Shown one piece after another: positions 6,890-10,278 of a DNA stretch of 10,278 nt. The notes under the pieces are model-generated. The model was not told where the DNA came from. It did not search any database and worked only from the letters and a program-made list of their open reading frames with translations. The translations under genes and the position numbers were made by a program. How positions within the stretch are numbered: the stretch's first letter is position 1; every line of letters begins with the position of its first letter. The stretch is taken from positions 1 to 10,278 of the forward strand of contig JBGFRI010000029.1 in NCBI GenBank assembly GCA_041695225.1, written 5' to 3'. This stretch comes from Deinococcota bacterium (GTDB lineage: Bacteria > Deinococcota > Deinococci > Deinococcales > Thermaceae).

Positions 6890-7978
6890 CTATGACTCGC
6901 GCAGGCCACGAACGAAGTCTTCGTAGCGGAATGCGTTGGTAGCAAACCAGCGGCGCGACTGCTCGCGGAAGGTTCTCCAGGGCCCCAAAATGCCGCGGAA
7001 AGTTGCGTCCCGGGCAGCGATTTCTTCTAGTAGCTCGTTGGTGGCCCGGTTGGCCGCTACCAGTACGCTGGTGGGCAGGGGTCGGATCTGGGTTCCACCG
7101 CGCATCAAGCGAGCCAGCGCAGGCATGTTCATGGCATCGTAATGAGCAAAGATGCGCAGGCGGGCTTCGCGGGTGGCGCTCTCGACGGCCTCCTGGTACT
7201 GCTTGGGTAGGGCGCGCCAGCGCTCGAGGTTGGTCAAAACCGCCAGGGTGGCCCCAGGCTCGTGCCAGCCAGGGTAGTAGTAGAAGCGGGCTGCGCGGTG
7301 CAGGCCCAGCCGCTCATCGTCGTGGGGGCCGACAAACTCGGCGGCATCAACCGCGCCACGCTCCAGGGCCAGGAATATCTCGCCCGCTGGAAGCAGCAGC
7401 ACCGAAGCGCCAAGCCGGGCCATGACCGCGCCTCCTTGCCCAGGTATCCGCATCCGCAGGCCGCGCAAATCTTCAGGGCCCCTGATCTCGCGGCGGAACC
7501 AGCCAAACATCTGCTCCATGGTGTTGCCGGCCGGGAACTGGATGATGTTAAAGTCGGCCAGAACCCGTCGCATGGTATCAAGCCCACCGCCAAAGTAAAG
7601 CCAGGCATTCTGCTGGCGGGGGTTCATGCCAAAGGGTATGACGGTGTCGAAGGCAAAAGAAGGGTTTACCCCGATCCAGAAATAAGAGGCGGTATGCCCC
7701 ATCTCTATAGCGCCACCCCGCACCGCATCAAAGATTCCTGGTGGCGCCACCAGCTCCCCGGCAGGGTGAACGCTGATCTCGAAACGCCCCTCGGTTAGCT
7801 CACTGACCCGCTTGGCCACGTACTCGGCGCCCCCCTGGAGAACATCCAGGGCGCGGGGCCAGTGCGTTTGCATCCGCCAGCGAACCCTGGGCAGGGTCTG
7901 GGCGTACACCGGGCCAAACACCGCGCTGGCCGCCACTGCGCCAACGCCGGCCTTCTTCAAAAAGTCACGTCGCTTCAT
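6890..7978 (-). CDS. dctP: TRAP substrate-binding protein, TakP/FcbT1-like paralog 3 (closest to the canonical 2-oxoacid/monocarboxylate type), Tat signal peptide, 362 aa
   Basis: MKRRDFLKK Tat motif and AGGAGG RBS. Motifs MGHTASYFW, PAGNTMEQMFGWFRREI, LRMRIPG, AAEFVGPHDD and YYYPGWHEPG. Confidence 0.94.
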   Translation of the reverse strand: MKRRDFLKKAGVGAVAASAVFGPVYAQTLPRVRWRMQTHWPRALDVLQGGAEYVAKRVSELTEGRFEISVHPAGELVAPPGIFDAVRGGAIEMGHTASYFWIGVNPSFAFDTVIPFGMNPRQQNAWLYFGGGLDTMRRVLADFNIIQFPAGNTMEQMFGWFRREIRGPEDLRGLRMRIPGQGGAVMARLGASVLLLPAGEIFLALERGAVDAAEFVGPHDDERLGLHRAARFYYYPGWHEPGATLAVLTNLERWRALPKQYQEAVESATREARLRIFAHYDAMNMPALARLMRGGTQIRPLPTSVLVAANRATNELLEEIAARDATFRGILGPWRTFREQSRRWFATNAFRYEDFVRGLRES

Positions 7979-7991
7979 CTGCTTCCTCCTG

Positions 7992-8031
7992 ACAAAAATT
8001 GCCTGCCTGCACTAGTTGGTGCCAGGCAATT
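7992..8031 (-). promoter_or_regulatory. Leader stem-loop with a U-run immediately upstream of the dctP-3 RBS
   Basis: AATTGCCTG (7997-8005) / CAGGCAATT (8023-8031) plus inner GCAC/GTGC. On the mRNA the 3' arm reads CAGGCAATTTTTGTCAGGAGG. Confidence 0.45.
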
Positions 8032-8066
8032 ATATGCCACCTTGGTATAAGCATCAATATCCAACC

Positions 8067-8096
8067 AGAATACACCCTGATTGTATACGGTGTCAG
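8067..8096 (-). promoter_or_regulatory. Possible dctP-3 promoter with an overlapping GntR-like box
   Basis: Minus strand CTGACA (8091-8096), 18-nt spacer, TATTCT (8067-8072). Alternative -10 TACAAT at 8080-8085. TTGTATAC at 8081-8088. Confidence 0.4.
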
Positions 8097-8239
8097 GCTA
8101 TGCAGAACAACTTTAGCTTCCCCCATCACCAAGCGCAAAGTAATGACTGTCTTGTCTCGTTCAATCAGGCTTTGGTGTAGCTACAGCAGTCATAGTATAA
8201 AGGCAGCTCCAGGTACCGCATTTAAATAGCGCTCACTGA

Positions 8240-8295
8240 ACCCTACAGAATTAGCCCATAACCCGGTCTTACCTCTCGAAAACCGTCTGTAGGGT
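8240..8295. repeat. 10-bp inverted repeat with outward-facing GTAG motifs (degenerate GTAG-type REP ends)
   Basis: ACCCTACAGA (8240-8249) / TCTGTAGGGT (8286-8295). Confidence 0.45.
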
Positions 8296-8344
8296 CACAA
8301 ACCCCTTACCTGGGCGCTGCACACACGCTCCCGAAGAGTAAGGC

Positions 8345-8397
8345 TCTTTCATCCCCGGCCCTGTTATTGTCCTGTCTATAAGGCGCCGGGGGAAAGA
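8345..8397 (-). other. Long imperfect stem-loop downstream of the lipoprotein gene
   Basis: TCTTTC..CCCCGGC (8345-8359) pairs with GCCGGGG-GAAAGA (8385-8397). There is no U-tract on the minus strand. Confidence 0.45.
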
Positions 8398-8421
8398 TGG
8401 GCTGGCGCTTTAGACTACTGG

Positions 8422-8916
8422 CTAGTGGATATAGAAGAATGTTTCGGCCACATCACGTACCCTCGAGCCACTGAGCTGGATATAGATGGAAGTCTGCCGG
8501 TCCCAGCCATCGGTGCTATACCTGCCCCGAAATGCAAAGCCAACGGGGTGGGGCGTATCGGTGAAGATAGCCCGGACACGCTGAATGCCCCGGGGAGGGC
8601 GCAGCTCGTACCGAAACCCGGGTGGGCCCGAGAGCAGGTGGGTACCGGCGCCTAGGAACATCCGGTCAAATTCACGAGCCACCCCGTCTGAATCAATTCC
8701 AACCAGGGTCACATATCCCGAACGGGTCAGGCTGATGATGAAGCTCACACTCTCACCCACCCGGTAGCTAGCGGCGGGCCCCCGGTCTGGCTCGAAGCGG
8801 GTAATGACGCGGTTGAGCTCAACACCAAAGCGCAGATCCACCGTGACTGCTGGACGCACCACGGGGAAACAACCCGACAGCAACACAGCCAGCAAGACTA
8901 GCAGCACGAGACGCAT
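8422..8916 (-). CDS. Lipoprotein, DUF4384-like, 164 aa
   Basis: Start moved to ATG 8916 (AGGGGTGA RBS). Signal peptide MRLVLLVLLAVLLSG-C with an LSGC lipobox. YRVGESVSF...GYVTLVGIDSDG...PPRGIQRVRAIFT resembles the DUF4384 pattern (recognised from memory, not searched). Confidence 0.8.
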   Translation of the reverse strand: MRLVLLVLLAVLLSGCFPVVRPAVTVDLRFGVELNRVITRFEPDRGPAASYRVGESVSFIISLTRSGYVTLVGIDSDGVAREFDRMFLGAGTHLLSGPPGFRYELRPPRGIQRVRAIFTDTPHPVGFAFRGRYSTDGWDRQTSIYIQLSGSRVRDVAETFFYIH

Positions 8917-8967
8917 AACTATCACCCCTGCATTCTCTATTCTAGCGCATGGAGTAGACACTCGCAT

Positions 8968-9012
8968 CCCTTCGACTGCCCCTTCGACGGTCTCAGGGCA
9001 AGCCTCGGCCAC
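8968..9012. repeat. Family W REP half-elements (CCCTTCGAC...CTCAGGGC type), one nested in another
   Basis: CCCTTCGAC at 8968-8976 and 8980-8988. The inner CCCTTCGACGGTCTCAGGGCAAGC (8980-9003) splits the outer CCCTTCGACTGC/CTCGGCCAC. It translates as the typical repeat peptide ACPETVEGAVEG. Confidence 0.6.
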
Positions 9013-9062
9013 TCCATCACCCGGCCTGTTATTCCTCTGGGTCAGCCCAGCTTCAAGAAACT

Positions 9063-9776
9063 CTAAAACAGCCCCCTCTGGGCCACTGGAGCAAAGGTTT
9101 GGCGGTGCTGGACGCACGGCCCCAGATGCCTAAGGGCGCGCAGGTGCGAGGGCGTGCCATAGCCTTTGTGCTGGGCAAATCCGTAGCCAGGGTACTGGCT
9201 GTCCAGCTCTTGCATCTGCCGGTCTCGGGCTACCTTGGCCAGGATGCTGGCCGCCGCTACCGTGGGGCTGTCGCGGTCGGCTTTGGGGGGGCAGCGGAAC
9301 AAAGGTCGCAAGTCCCAGGCTGCAAGTTCCAGGTCTTGTGACATGTGACGTGTGACCTGCGACAGGTGTAAATAGTCGGTCAGGATGGCCTGTGGCCGGA
9401 TCTGGTGCGAGCTCTCCAGCTGCTCCAGGGCTCGCATGGCGGCCAGGTGGGTGGCCCCCAGGATTCCAAGCTGGTCTATCTCCGCTGCCTCGGCGCGCCC
9501 CACCCCCCAGGCCAGGGCAGATGCCAGAATCTGGGGCTCGAGGTTCTCGCGCGCCCGGGCGCTAAGGGTTTTGGAGTCGCGGAAGGGATAGACTGAATAC
9601 TCCCATCCCCGACCCTCCCACTGTCCATGCTCATACTGGGCCTGGCCGCGGGGAGGAGGCAGAATCACCGCAGCAGCTACCACCGGGCCGGCAATGGCGC
9701 CGCGTCCGGCCTCGTCAATACCCGCTACCCTCAAACCGAGCTGCCACAAGTCCGCCTCCAGGGCAGGTTTTACCAT
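9063..9776 (-). CDS. rnhB: Ribonuclease HII, 237 aa
   Basis: Motifs GIDEAGRG, GPVVAAAV, DSK, KAD, VAAASILAKVARD, YGFAQHKGYGT and GPC..HR.TF.PV. Start moved to ATG 9776 with GGAGGTGA RBS (9784-9791). Confidence 0.96.
   Translation of the reverse strand: MVKPALEADLWQLGLRVAGIDEAGRGAIAGPVVAAAVILPPPRGQAQYEHGQWEGRGWEYSVYPFRDSKTLSARARENLEPQILASALAWGVGRAEAAEIDQLGILGATHLAAMRALEQLESSHQIRPQAILTDYLHLSQVTRHMSQDLELAAWDLRPLFRCPPKADRDSPTVAAASILAKVARDRQMQELDSQYPGYGFAQHKGYGTPSHLRALRHLGPCVQHRQTFAPVAQRGLF
9303..9365. repeat. Nine tandem degenerate heptamers in two inverted blocks inside rnhB
   Basis: AGGTCGC AAGTCCC AGGCTGC AAGTTCC AGGTCTT | GTGACAT GTGACGT GTGACCT GCGACAG. 63 nt in a single 7-nt register. Confidence 0.75.
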
Positions 9777-10204
9777 CGGTGAGTCACCTCCATCATATCG
9801 GCCAGTCCATACACTAATCACCCGCATCCTCGGCAACCTTGTCATCCAAATTTATACCCACTCCAGGGCGGTCCTAACCCAGGATAGCCTGGCTTTGGGC
9901 AGAGACTGCTTTGGCCGTGTGATGTAAGGCACTCCGCAAGGTGGGTGGCTCAAAGCTGCAAACCTGTTGGCATACCTTAAGTCGTAAAGGCAGGCTTTTG
10001 AAGGTTTGGTCAACCTCCTCAGGGGCGCAGCAGATGGGTAGCCGCCCCCCCAACGCGCCTTACGGCAACTGATGCGAAGGCACTCATGTGCTCCCTGCTC
10101 GCGATGTATTTGCAGTAAGCCGAGCCTCGAGCTGGATAATGGTAGATTATTTCCATCTTAAGGGCACCTCTAAAAACTCACTGCCAAATTTACCATCCGA
10201 TGAA

Positions 10205-10234
10205 TTGCTTTATAGGGACTGGGTGGGGTAAAAT
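10205..10234 (+). promoter_or_regulatory. sigma70-like promoter pointing out of the window, divergent from rnhB
   Basis: TTGCTT (10205-10210), 18-nt spacer, TAAAAT (10229-10234). ATG at 10240 with an open frame to the window end. Confidence 0.45.
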
Positions 10235-10278
10235 GTATCATGACGAAATACAAAACCGCATCGGCCAGAGGGCTCTTT

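Noticed and set aside
3516..7978. Diversity-generating retroelement explanation for the dctP pocket variation
   Set aside because: There is no intact RT and no template/variable repeat pair, and the differences are not adenine-specific.
3536..8050. Many plus-strand and alternate-frame ORFs overlapping the dctP genes
   Set aside because: They are shadow ORFs of GC-rich coding sequence, and their mutual similarity simply mirrors the paralogy.
8917..9117. 67-aa N-terminal extension of the lipoprotein ORF
   Set aside because: It overlaps rnhB and the family W repeat. The signal peptide and RBS define the start at 8916.
9777..9845. 23-aa N-terminal extension of rnhB
   Set aside because: A strong GGAGGTGA RBS sits 7 nt before ATG 9776, and recognisable homology starts after it.
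9900..10140. Structured ncRNA or riboswitch suggested by a few tiny tetraloop hairpins
   Set aside because: The stems are only 2-4 bp and I recognise no Rfam consensus. An Infernal scan would be needed.

Overview
GC-rich bacterial window, probably Deinococcota (Meiothermus/Thermus-like, inferred from the RNase HII and DUF4384-like lipoprotein sequences). All complete genes are on the minus strand, in transcription order: rnhB (RNase HII), a DUF4384-like lipoprotein, three paralogous Tat-exported TRAP substrate-binding proteins of the TakP/FcbT1 type, then one TRAP small permease (dctQ) and one large permease (dctM). The proteins are from known families. The unusual parts are the architecture and the non-coding DNA. 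(1) Each dctP and dctQM has its own sigma70-like promoter, and each dctP is followed by a stem-loop, so this does not look like one operon. (2) The three binding proteins have an identical signal peptide and conserved scaffold segments but strongly different predicted pocket motifs. (3) The long intergenic spacers hold at least four unrelated families of REP/MITE-like palindromic repeats. One family is inserted inside another with a 9-bp direct duplication, and three families share a GGCC-N3-4-GGCC mini-hairpin. (4) rnhB carries an in-frame block of nine 7-bp repeats arranged as two inverted arrays. No transposase, RAYT, repeat-associated nuclease, cas gene, tRNA or rRNA is visible in the window.
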